NCBI GenBank assembly: GCA_002256025.1
Contig: NKIB01002172.1
Span: 1 to 64,000, forward strand
Direction of reading: 5' to 3'
Length of the DNA: 64,000 nucleotides
From: Asterionella formosa
Lineage: Eukaryota
Position numbers and translations under genes: made by a program. A model generated the notes under the pieces. That model ran no database searches and was not told where the DNA came from. It saw nothing but the letters and a program-made list of their open reading frames with translations. Shown piece by piece: positions 53,700 to 64,000 of the stretch. Each line of letters starts with the position of its first letter. The stretch's first letter is position 1.

Positions 53700-56600
53700 C
53701 CTAGTATGAAAAGGTTTGATATGATGAATATTAATTCGTTCTGTAATGTGCATAGTGCGTTGAAAGGTAACTGTACTATTGGCATGTATTTATATAATAG
53801 TAGTATAAGGACCTCGTCCACGATCATCCAAAGTAGTAGGATTATCTAATAATATTAACGTAAACGTTCGTCAATTATCACTTGTCGACGTTGATATATT
53901 AATTGTAAATCTGTAATCAAAGGAATATTTAATATCATATCAAGTTGAAAAACCCATGCTCCTGGTGAAATACGTAATATACTATGAATAGTAGCTCGAG
54001 CTGCATATGACGCAGCTGCAAAACATGTATCCACAATATTTTGGGCTTGAAATTCATTCATTGGAGGATGAGCTTTTAACATACCTCGTAGACTATTACT
54101 GATGGATTGATGTAAACGTTCACAGATAGCATTTGCTTGGGGATTCTTTACTGTAGTAGTCACATCTTTGATTCCATTCAATAATAACAGCATGTGTAAG
54201 AAAGGAATACCAGTAAATTCACCTCCATTGTCATGTATACAACGTTCTGGACGGGGATATCTGGCTAACCAATCATTTTCAAATTTCATCGCAATATATT
54301 CTGATGTTTTGTTAGTGATGCGTGAAATTTCTGCTAAATTGGTGACTGTGTCAATACAAGTTAGAGCACGAAATTCAATCGCTTGAGCAGCCACTGTTAT
54401 CTTCCGTGGACCAATTAGATCTACTGCAACTTCTGCCCATGGTAATAACAATGCATTCCTGGGTGGAAGTTCACCATTACCAGTACCAGGTAATTTTGTA
54501 CGTTGACATGCTTCACATATGCTTACAATATATTCCACTTTTGCTTTTAATGTAGGGTGATAAAAATGTGTAGCAATTGTGGCATTTAATCTTGTCATAA
54601 CCACATGAGCTAACATCTGATGATACCAATTAATAATAGGATCCAATAATGATGTAGGAATAGCAATACGCCAAGTATCTCCTGGATTCTTCACAAAACA
54701 TATTAAAAATATGTCATGAAAATTGATAGAAGGAAATTTTAATGGATGTGTTTGTTGATTGAGAATCGATTGTATATCCAGCAATTGTCTATCATGTATT
54801 TAATTATAATCCAGAGGATATTGAATATTGTCTGGCAAGATGGGATGATTAAGAAAACATGTAAGCAAAGGTTCATCATCTAATTCAATTGAAAAAGTAG
54901 AAGTAGAAGTTGATGTTGGAGATTTCGGTCCAATATCAATATCATCCCCCACCAAAGACTCAAGCCTCGGGAGGCGCGAGATGGAATCTGCAATAGCATT
55001 GTCAGTCCCTTTCACGTAGTGAAAAGTAGGATGGTATTCTTCAATGTAAAGTCTCCATCGTAGAACACGTTGAGTATGTAAAGTATTATAAATAAGATTT
55101 CAATGATGAGTGTGAACATGTAGAACTGCACCCAATAACATAGAGCGAAATTCCTTGAAAGTTTCTACCACAGAAAGTAATTCTTTTTCAATAGTAGTAT
55201 AATTCTTTTGAGCAGCAGATAATTTGCGAGAATAATAAGCAACTGGCAGATCATTTTGCATAATGACCGACCCTAATTGATAATCAGAGGCATCATTAAA
55301 GATATGAAAAGGAAGATTAGCTATGGTCAGGATAACGCATGAGTGTATCTGCAACTAACAATGCCTTCATTTCTTCAAAAGCTTGTTGATGGATAGGTAA
55401 CCAGACAAATGGACTAGTTCCAATTAAATCCGTAAGTGGTCCAAGAACATGAGATCGTCTAGGAAACATGTCTCGATAGTAAGTAACAGCACCGAGAAAT
55501 GATCTGACTTGTTTAAGATCAGTAGGTGAAGACATATTAATCAATGCTTGGACCTTTTTAGACCAAGGGGGTTTCAGTCCATTAGGAGTTAACCAATAGC
55601 CTAACCAATCTGTCTCTTGGACTGCCCATTCACACTTAGATGGATTAATTGTAAAACCATTTGTCTGTAAATCTGTAAACGATGTAAAATAGTGTCCAAT
55701 AAATGAAGGTGATCTGAAAAATTCATTGAAAAACAACCCACATCATCAATATAAATTTCAAAATCATCTAAATCACTAAGGATCTGTTCCATAGTATATT
55801 GTGCAATATCAGATGATTGTTTCAACCCCATAGGAAGACGTAAATATTTATATAAAACAAATGGAGTTGAAATAACGCACAAGTTTTGACTCCGCACATC
55901 CAAGCAATGCAAAAGTATAGTATTGCATGGAAACATCCAATTTGGTGAAAAATACATATCCAGCACGTTTAGTGAGAAAAGTTTGTATTCTAGGCAAAGG
56001 GTATATATTGCGATTGATGGCTTTATTGAGCTCACGAAAATCTGATACCCATCGGACACTTCCATCCTTTTTTGGAATAATAAAGGTGAGAGATGCCCAT
56101 TTAGAAGCACCACATTTTTGTAGGACTCTAATATCACATAATCGTTGTAATTCAGTTTTGAAAACTTGTAAATGAATATGAGCGACCGGATATGCTCGTT
56201 GATGACGAGGGACAGCATTTGACAATAATTCCAAATGTACCTGTTTATGAGGATAGACTTTTCATTTGCCATCAAATAATGTTTGATATTTAACCAATAT
56301 ACTAGTTCGTAAACATGATCGTTGTATTGTTGTCAAATGTATCTGTTTATCCACCACTGTATCAATATTTACGTAATTATATTCAGCAGCTTTAATTTCC
56401 AGCGCATATGAAGATTCCATAATCAAAGGAGCATCAAAATATAATAATACATCTCTTAAACGTTCCCCATCATCAAAGAATGTGAGAGGATGCATAGGAA
56501 CAATCATATCCACACAGGACATGGTGTTATTTACGAAATCAATGGTGAAATCAATGGTGAAATCAATGGTTAAACCAACTTGACGGAGGAAATCACGTCC

Positions 56601-58426
56601 TAAAATATCATCAAATGTGCATAGACCATTAAAGACTTGACATTTTTGTTGTAAGATATGAACGGATCGATTAAATTCTGGTAGAATCAGGTCATATAGC
56701 ATGATACCAGCTATGGTACTATGTATTAATTGGGAAGTCTCGTTAGACAAAGAAATACCTTGAGGCATAACCCGTTCATGTATTAAGGATAACGATCCTC
56801 CACTATCGAATAATACTCGTAGTATTTTATGCATAGTAGGTATATCATCCACCAATCGTGGCGCTAAAAGGGACATCGGAATCAAATCAATTGATGTTAA
56901 TATATCCTTAGAAGTGAAACAGGAAACCGGAATTGGGCCCTGATATGTATGTGGAACGACGTCATGTCCATCAATACAATTATATATGTCCCGCGTTACA
57001 ACAACAGCGGTATCCATAGTGTATTCAACCTGTAAGTAAACAATATTATTCAGGTGATGACTAACGTGAGATATACTCAACGAGTCATTATTAATAGCAA
57101 CGCTATTATCGCACATACCTCTGTGATGGCGATCAGCAATCTGCTGTTGTGTAGTAGGGACAAAAGTCACTATCTGACCAGCAGGAGGGTTCGTGACCAC
57201 TGAAATTTCCTGGGCAGATGTATTCTCGGTAGGATCGGCACATGGCACGGTACCCCAACCGGATGGATGAGTATTATGACCCCATGCATTTAACATACGA
57301 GCATGTGGAACAGGCACAGGGTTAGCAGTGTCAGTATGGTAGCTTTCCATAGGATTGCTGTGTGAACCGACTCCACGACCACCAAAATTTCCTCGTCTAC
57401 CGAAACTGGAACGGCCACGTCCATTATGACGACCAGCCATGCGACCTGTTTGACCACCTTGAGTACGAGGATTCTGAAAACAATTGCCCCAAGTATGTGC
57501 ACCTTCAGGATGTACCGGGCAAGGACCGCGATAATCATGGTATGTACGACTGGCTTGTAGAGCTTGATGACGAACAGTCGCCTGACGATCCCATGCGCGT
57601 CCGGCTGCATTGACAATAGCACGCGCTCTTCCACGACCACTTGGAGTAAAATTATCGTTGTAGAATTGACGACTGACACTCTCGTTTTCTTGACGCATCA
57701 CACGATTGCCTTCAGCAATACAAAGACGATTTTGTGTGATTGTTTGAAAACTGTTCTTGGGAAGATGCTTGTTTCGGTCTTTAAAATAAACGATTGTTGA
57801 CTCTCGAAGTAAGCGAGAACCGAACGAATCGATTGGTCTGAAGTATTTGCATGATTTGATTCAAACTCTTGTTGCCACTCATCCGGCTTAGAAGGGATGA
57901 TGATAATCCGCATATCTTCTTTTGACAATCCTCTTTGATCCTCTGAATGAGGCATTAGTTGAAGTAGCCTGTTCAAAGTTTTAAAACGAGCTCCGAAATC
58001 CATTACCAACATGGAAAAGGGTTTAGATAAATAACGTAGCATCCATTGTCGTTGACGTTGAAAACTCTCGTTTGGTAAACAATTGTCTAACCACAAAACC
58101 ATCGCTTCATCGAAACTATCGTAGGACTGATCTTCTGGGTGTACTTTCACATTCAACCAATCCGATAAGGCAATGTCGGTCAAACACCTTTTAAAGTAGG
58201 AAAAGGTATCTGCAGGGCTAAAGGCACCTGTGTTAGCCATGTCACAAAATTGACTCACTCAAATTAACAATGCTTCCACAGAGCTTCCATCGATCATATC
58301 TTGATCAAACGATTCAAACCTTCCACCGGTTAAAGCAACTCTGAATGTTTTAGTCTTGATAATCAATACATTGTAGTCTTTGATCAAAGGAATCACAGGA
58401 ACCCTTGAATACATTGCCATGTTCAT
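53700..58426 (-). pseudogene. gag-pol of the gypsy element (disrupted)
   Basis: gag from ATG 58426 with an internal TGA; knuckle CPVHPEGAHTWGNC; protease [18 protein letters not shown]; RNase H DASDYQLG; integrase VAVDLIGP, DNGGEF, NPQANAICERLH. Confidence 0.92.
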
Positions 58427-58459
58427 TGTCTTCTAATTTGACTCTTTTTGAATTCAAAG

Positions 58460-58654
58460 TGAAGTATCTAACTAGAAGTAGTAGTATTTATTGAATACAT
58501 GAGCTTATTAATTAATCCTTATGTATAACTCATTTCCTGAACTGACATCAAAGTATAGAATGGGTGTTAGTCGAGTTCTCTTATTATTGAATTCCGAAAT
58601 ATTTGATATAACCCTAACCCTATGTACATCTGTATCAATGTGCAGGATTGCTCA
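58460..58654 (-). repeat. 5' LTR
   Basis: tgaagtatctaactag...ggattgctca, ~96% identical to 53476-53670. Confidence 0.95.
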
Positions 58655-58756
58655 CCTGGTACCTGGTATGAGGTACTCGTACTTGCATAAGGGATGTACC
58701 AGGTACCCCTGGTACCTACCAGGTAGTGCCGACACATATTGACTGCCTTGTACCAG

Positions 58757-58846
58757 AGCAAGTTGCGGTCATTTTGCTTAAACTAACATTCTAATCTAGG
58801 ATAAAGATAGCTAAATCTTTAGCTTCAGCAAAATTACCGCAACTCC
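58757..58846 (+). mobile_element. ~90-bp MITE-like element with its own terminal inverted repeats
   Basis: agttgcggtcattttgcttaa ... ttcagcaaaattaccgcaact form imperfect ~21-bp inverted repeats. Confidence 0.72.
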
Positions 58847-59635
58847 TTGCAGGTACCACAGGGTATCTGGTACCTGGTACTGGTACCATCGGCAAAGGTA
58901 CTTGGTACCTGGTACCAGGGTACCGATACCTTGCTTCCAACGTAGACCTATTACCGGTACGTTTGAGAGCAAGGCAAAGAAATGATTACCGGTACTAATT
59001 AGTCGACCGGTATTTGCCTTTATGTAGCAGGTTTTGTTCGTACATAGATATCATACCTGCTGCAGCTATCATATGATATATTAATGTATGTATGGTATGA
59101 TAATCTAATTCTTCCTCTTTATTTTTCTAGCTTCAGTGGAACTGTAGAAACGTTATGTTGCCGGGCACACCAAGATAACGCCTATGACGGGCAATGCCTA
59201 CAATACTGTAGATATACATGAATACTGGCTCGCGAAACGACAATCTTCGCACAAAATCATAGTAAATTCTTCTTGTGTCCTTTTTCGGTAAGTTGGCCCA
59301 TGGCGAAAGAATCAGAGAGAAATGCTGCATTCATCGGTAGGAGTTTGTAAACACCATTCACACATACAGTAGCAGTTGATGAATCAAGGATAGTTGCAGA
59401 ATTAGGAAAGGAGCGCACATAGACAAGCAGAACGCACAGGTCACGCTTGTTGCAGTGCTTATGGTACATAACGCTGCATATCCCTAGCCCTACTTTTTGT
59501 GCTGTACTCAGTTGGCGATGGCGGGATCGTCCTGTTCTCAACGATTTTTTTGTTTTGAATTATCAACCATTGTTCTTGACTGACATATTCACTTCTTCTC
59601 TCCCATAGTCATTCACAAACAAATAACACCTCATC

Positions 59636-60248
59636 ATGTCTGTTGAAATGGAAACATGCCCAGCTTCGGCTCCCTTTTTTGGTTTCATGGGAGTCACTTC
59701 TGCCCTTGTTTTTGCTAACATTGGTGCTGCCTACGGAACCGCCAAGTCTGGTGTTGGAATCAGTTCTATGGGTGTTATGAACCCTGGTCTCGTTATGCGT
59801 AACATTATTCCCGTTGTCATGGCGGGTGTGTTGGGTATTTACGGTTTGATTGTGGCCGTCATTATTCAGGGGTCTATTGTAAGCCCCCAGAATGGACTTT
59901 CTCAGTACAGTTTGTACACTGGATTCGCTCATTTGGCTGCAGGCTTGTGCTGCGGTTTGAGTGGTCTTGCTGCCGGTATGGCCATTGGAATTGTCGGAGA
60001 TGCCGGTGTTCGCGCCGTTGGACAACAGGAAAAGCTTTTCGTTGGTATGATTTTGATTCTCATTTTCGCCGAAGCTCTTGGACTTTACGGTAAGTTTTCC
60101 GAGCATTGTGCTTGCGTTTGATTTCTGTACAATTTCCTTCGCCCCCAACCCAGTATTGTTCTGACACCTTTATTCCCTCATCATTTCAGGTTTGATCGTC
60201 GCTCTGATCTTGTCCCAAAACTCCTTCATCTGCGAAGGAAACAACTAA
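59636..60248 (+). CDS. ATP6V0C: V-type H+-ATPase proteolipid subunit c (canonical); exons 59636-60089 and 60190-60248
   Basis: [33 protein letters not shown] and [18 protein letters not shown] with the essential Glu (GAA 60071-60073); GT-AG intron 60090-60189; 170 aa. Confidence 0.97.
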
Positions 60249-61188
60249 ACGTATACTATATAGTTTCTAAATTCAATCAATCCAATAGCAGCCTGCCTAG
60301 TGTTACTTTTTTTTAGGGCTTAGATGATATCATAAAGGGAATACTGCTCATGATAACGGAATCAAAGGCATAATTGTATGCCAGAACTTCATGGCCAGGA
60401 TTCCATAAACATTAATTGTATTTGCCCGGTTTTCTTTATTGAGTATCTGAGTCATGACAAAGCTTGAGTTAAGAGTTATGGAACGTGGACAAGTTGCGCC
60501 CTTTCTGGATTGACTCTACCGGTAGGTTCCTGGACAAAAATACCAAATAGCTATTGCTCAATCTTTGATTTAGAGACGGTACCAGTACCGTGCTACCGGT
60601 AGGCAGGAATATCACGACCGTCGTGGTCATTCAATCCTGGAGCAGTCATCGCCGGCAGTGTCGTGAAGGTTGCAATCTACCGGTATGATGTGGTTATCTT
60701 CGTATCGTTGCCATACGAGGTCAGCTACCAGGTATCAGGTCCTCAGTACCTCGTAGGCGTAGTACCAGGTACCGGTACCAACTTATTATCTTGGTCGTTG
60801 GTGACAGGTAGTAGGAACTGGTACCTGGTACCAGGTCCCAGTTACGTTGTAGACTACTGATACGGTAGAACACATACTGGTGTGTGCCTTTTAAAATGCA
60901 TATACCTCGGTTCCTTGTCGAACACCCCCCAAGGAGTACTTGTACCAGCTACGGTCAAACTGCCTACCAGGTACCAGGGGTACGGAACTCCGTGGTATTA
61001 TATGTATAAAAATGTCGAAGGAGAGTTATTTCCTCCTGCGGTTCCAAGCACACAACGACAATATACTTGTATTTTATAACGATATACAATCTTTAATACT
61101 TACGCCAGCCGGGTGTTCGGGCTTTGCTTGAAAGGCATCTCGCTGATCATTTACATTTCTGAATTAATATTTATACTACTCGGTCACC

Positions 61189-62233
61189 ATGTCATCTGTA
61201 GGATACGATGTTTGCCCGGCACTGGCTCCCTTTTTGGGTTACATGGGTGTAATGGCTTCCATCGTTTTTGCAAGTGAGTGGCCGATAATAGCTTCGAATG
61301 GAGTCGCTTTTTCCTTCGACGGAATCAAGTCGAAAAATGGTCAACCGTTTGAAAAGGGTTGGTGTCATTCGACAACTACGGCGATAGGCAAATGCTCCAT
61401 CATTCCTATCTTTCTATCGTATGATGCTTCATAGGGAGACGGGGTTATGCATTAGAATAGCCAGCAACATGAAATGACGGATTACGCCCATTTTGACCAA
61501 TACATTTTAATCCTTCAAGGGTGAAAATTCTTCAGGTGTTACTCCTCACTTTAGCTGACCTGTCACACCACAGCAAACTTCACTGGCCTATGGATTATCA
61601 TGAACAATTTTTGTTGGGTTTTTTGAATAGATTTATCATCGGAAGCATAGTTGCGATCCCAAAGAAATGCCCCCTACCCTAATCTAACTCTAGTCGCTCT
61701 TTTTCTTCACAGACATTGGTGCCGCCGCTGGAACTGCAAAGGCTGGCGTTGGAATCATGAAGGCAGGAATCAAAACACCTGAGCAAATCTGGAGAAATCT
61801 AATTCCCGTTGTCATGGCTGGTGTTAATGGAATTTACGGTCTCATTACGGCTATCATTCTTGTTGGCTCCATCTCTTCTCCGGATTCAGGAACCCATGAA
61901 AACAAGTATTCGCTGTACACTGGTGCTGCCCACCTGGCAGCAGGTATGTGCTGTGGTTTGAGTGGACTTGGGAGTGGTTTCTGCATTGGCATTGCCGGTG
62001 ATGCTGCGGTCCGAGCATGTGGGACGTTCGATGTGGATCTAAAGGCAAGTGCTCGTGTGGGACAAGGTGGAAACAGTGCAGGACGTGGCGAAGGGAAGAA
62101 GAAGGCTGGGGGAGGAGATCAATTGTTTGTCTCCATGGTTTTGATTCAGGTGTTCGCAGGCAACATCGCGCTTTATGGTTTGATTTCTTCCATTATTCTC
62201 AGTCAACAAGTGTACTACTGCGGTGCTAACTAA
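61189..62233 (+). CDS. Divergent V-ATPase subunit c paralogue lacking the TM4 glutamate; exons 61189-61273 and 61713-62233
   Basis: GT-AG intron 61274-61712 yields FAN-IGAAAGTAKAG in frame; [28 protein letters not shown]4 reads LIQVFAGNIALYGLI; 201 aa, no stops. Confidence 0.9.
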
Positions 62234-62314
62234 ACTTCGTATAGCATGACTGCTTTACCAAGCAGGAATTGAGCATCAATGATACTCGGAGTATTATTTG
62301 CCCCAAAACAATTT

Positions 62315-62500
62315 AGACATGCATGTATGATAAAGTTCAACTGCAATTCACTGTATGTTGCACAACGTAGATACTCGGTAGTCTAATGTTAGTCAGTACA
62401 ATACATAACATCTAGACAATGCAAGTATGATAAAGTACAATGCAATTCACTGTCAGTTGCACAACGTAGACACCAGTAGTATAATGTTAGTCAGTACAAT
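62315..62500. repeat. Diverged ~99-bp tandem duplication
   Basis: gtatgataaagt..tgcaattcactgt..gttgcacaacgtaga..taatgttagtcagtacaat twice. Confidence 0.85.
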
Positions 62501-63399
62501 GATGAGACCAGCTGCTGGTGAATTTCTATATTGTAATAGTCCTTCATGAGGTTCTCTCACTGGGATTACATTCTGTTATCATCAATTTTGACTTGTGCAG
62601 ATACGATGCCTTGAGTATAACTAACTCAATGACACGATGGGAAACCAAAACTGTGACAATTTACCAACTTAGGAAAAGCATCCCACTTTAGGTAAGGTAA
62701 AAAATGAATTCAGCCATGTCTGAAATTAAACCTCAAGCCAAATCAATTAGAGCTTCGCTAATTCGCATAATACAAATTGTGTAGAACATGTTCAAGGGAA
62801 CATACTTTCACAATTATTAACATATTTCAATTGCAGTTTCCTAGAAGTATAAAACATGTAATAATGTCATGTCATTTCATAATCATTAAGCACACCTTTA
62901 TAAATATTTAAACTTTTGCAGATCATTGCTTGCTGCATTTGCAAAACTACTTCTCTGTTGCAAAATATATGGTATGATGGACTACTGTCACCAGCAAGAC
63001 AGGTACCCTGAACATGAATCCAGCCATATGTATAATTTTATATTGGGTTCACGAGCGAGTAGTTGGTACATATGATGAAGCTGGCATTTGCATATTCAAA
63101 TTCTAATGACTTTAGATCCATTCATTATTGTTTGTTTTCATCACTTTGGCCAGAAAAGGAAAAAATTAGTTTGGAGAGAATAAATTGATGTAGTAAGCAA
63201 GAGGGGCTTGCCCGCCATTGTCATTTGCTTTTTTCTAGCTATTTGCCCATACTTTGACATTTTCGCATTTGGAAGAATAAAATCAGTTTTAAACTTGCAT
63301 CAATTAAGTTTTGTGAAACAGATGATTTCAATGAGTGGTGAATTGATGACATTCTTTATGCATGATGAACAAAAGCACCTGTCTGGCATCACATTGTTT

Positions 63400-63426
63400 G
63401 TTTCAGCAAAATGACCACTATTTGCA
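63400..63426 (-). repeat. Diverged copy of the TIR-like motif
   Basis: gtttcagcaaaatgaccactatttgc, similar to the reverse complement of 47151-47177. Confidence 0.55.
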
Positions 63427-64000
63427 GGTCCCTGGAGTATCAGAAACCAGCACCTTCTACATAGATTACAGTGGTGAGGTGATATAAGTTGATTAGCAGT
63501 AGCCATACTCAGAAAATGAACTGGAGATCGTACTTATTCCAATGCATTGCTTACAATCTTGGTAAACAGGAACGACCATGGCTGATGCTACAATCATGAC
63601 AATCCCGCTGCCCTTCTTCTGCTCTGTTATGTCACATCTGATGAAATCCAAATCGGCAGAATTTACTATTGTAATCTGCTGAATCGGCGCTATTTATTTC
63701 ATTCTCCAGGTTTTTACATTCATCAGATTTGAAGCAACAAGGTGCAGCATCTATATATGAGCGCTTGTTTTGTTAGTATACTCTACCACAGTCACGTCAA
63801 TTTTTTTTATGAGGATAAAATTTTCAAGGCAAATGAGTATTAATTAATGTTTCCTAGTAGGATAACAAAATCACCATTCTGACCCCTGATATAAGGGTGA
63901 TTCCAATACGCCTACATATACCGGTAGCAGTATGCATATTACTAGCGAGGAAAATTACATCAGATAAACCATAGTGTGAGGCAATACTATATCTACCACA

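Larger units (their letters stand above)
53476..58654 (-). mobile_element. Full-length Ty3/gypsy LTR retrotransposon (5179 bp), inactivated by frameshifts and stops
   Basis: 195-bp TG...CA LTRs at 53476-53670 and 58460-58654 (7 mismatches by eye); 5-bp TSD CCTGG (53471-53475, 58655-58659); domain order gag-PR-RT-RNaseH-IN. Confidence 0.96.

Noticed and set aside
59609..60148. 179-aa antisense ORF over the V-ATPase c gene, and similar antisense or alternate-frame ORFs inside PPDK, the TPR, GHKL and FSP1-like genes
   Set aside because: Shadow ORFs of strongly supported genes; no independent motifs
61189..62233. Reading the second proteolipid as subunit c'' (Vma16) or as a pseudogene
   Set aside because: No extra N-terminal helix or relocated Glu as in c''; ORF and splice sites are intact with the fold motifs conserved

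Overview
Eukaryotic nuclear DNA, most consistent with a diatom or related ochrophyte (short GT-AG introns, bipartite plastid-targeting presequences, diatom-style transposons). Compact gene clusters alternate with AT-rich, CpG-poor transposon debris. Genes: O6-methylguanine methyltransferase, MFSD6-like MFS transporter, p24/GOLD cargo receptor, a short VPS13/ATG2-like protein with two PH domains, a PUB-TPR giant, a GHKL-ATPase/CUE/HEXXH-metalloprotease giant, a Q/G/P-rich type II membrane protein, plastid-targeted PPDK (3 exons), an AIFM2/FSP1-like oxidoreductase, two probable plastid hypotheticals and two tandem V-ATPase c (proteolipid) genes. Mobile DNA: a complete but frameshifted Ty3/gypsy element (195-bp LTRs, CCTGG TSD), an older truncated copy of it, PIF/Harbinger and pogo-like remnants, and a small TIR/MITE family. 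Most notable: (1) the second V-ATPase c gene is intact but lacks the proton-carrying glutamate and has a 29-aa loop insertion; (2) both gypsy copies sit at a CCWGG inside a pervasive GGTACC/ACCWGGT palindromic repeat and lack a canonical tRNA primer site; (3) three CRE-type bZIP motifs cluster upstream of PPDK; (4) two ubiquitin/p97-linked giant proteins lie head-to-head. All calls come from reading motifs by eye; no database searches were run.
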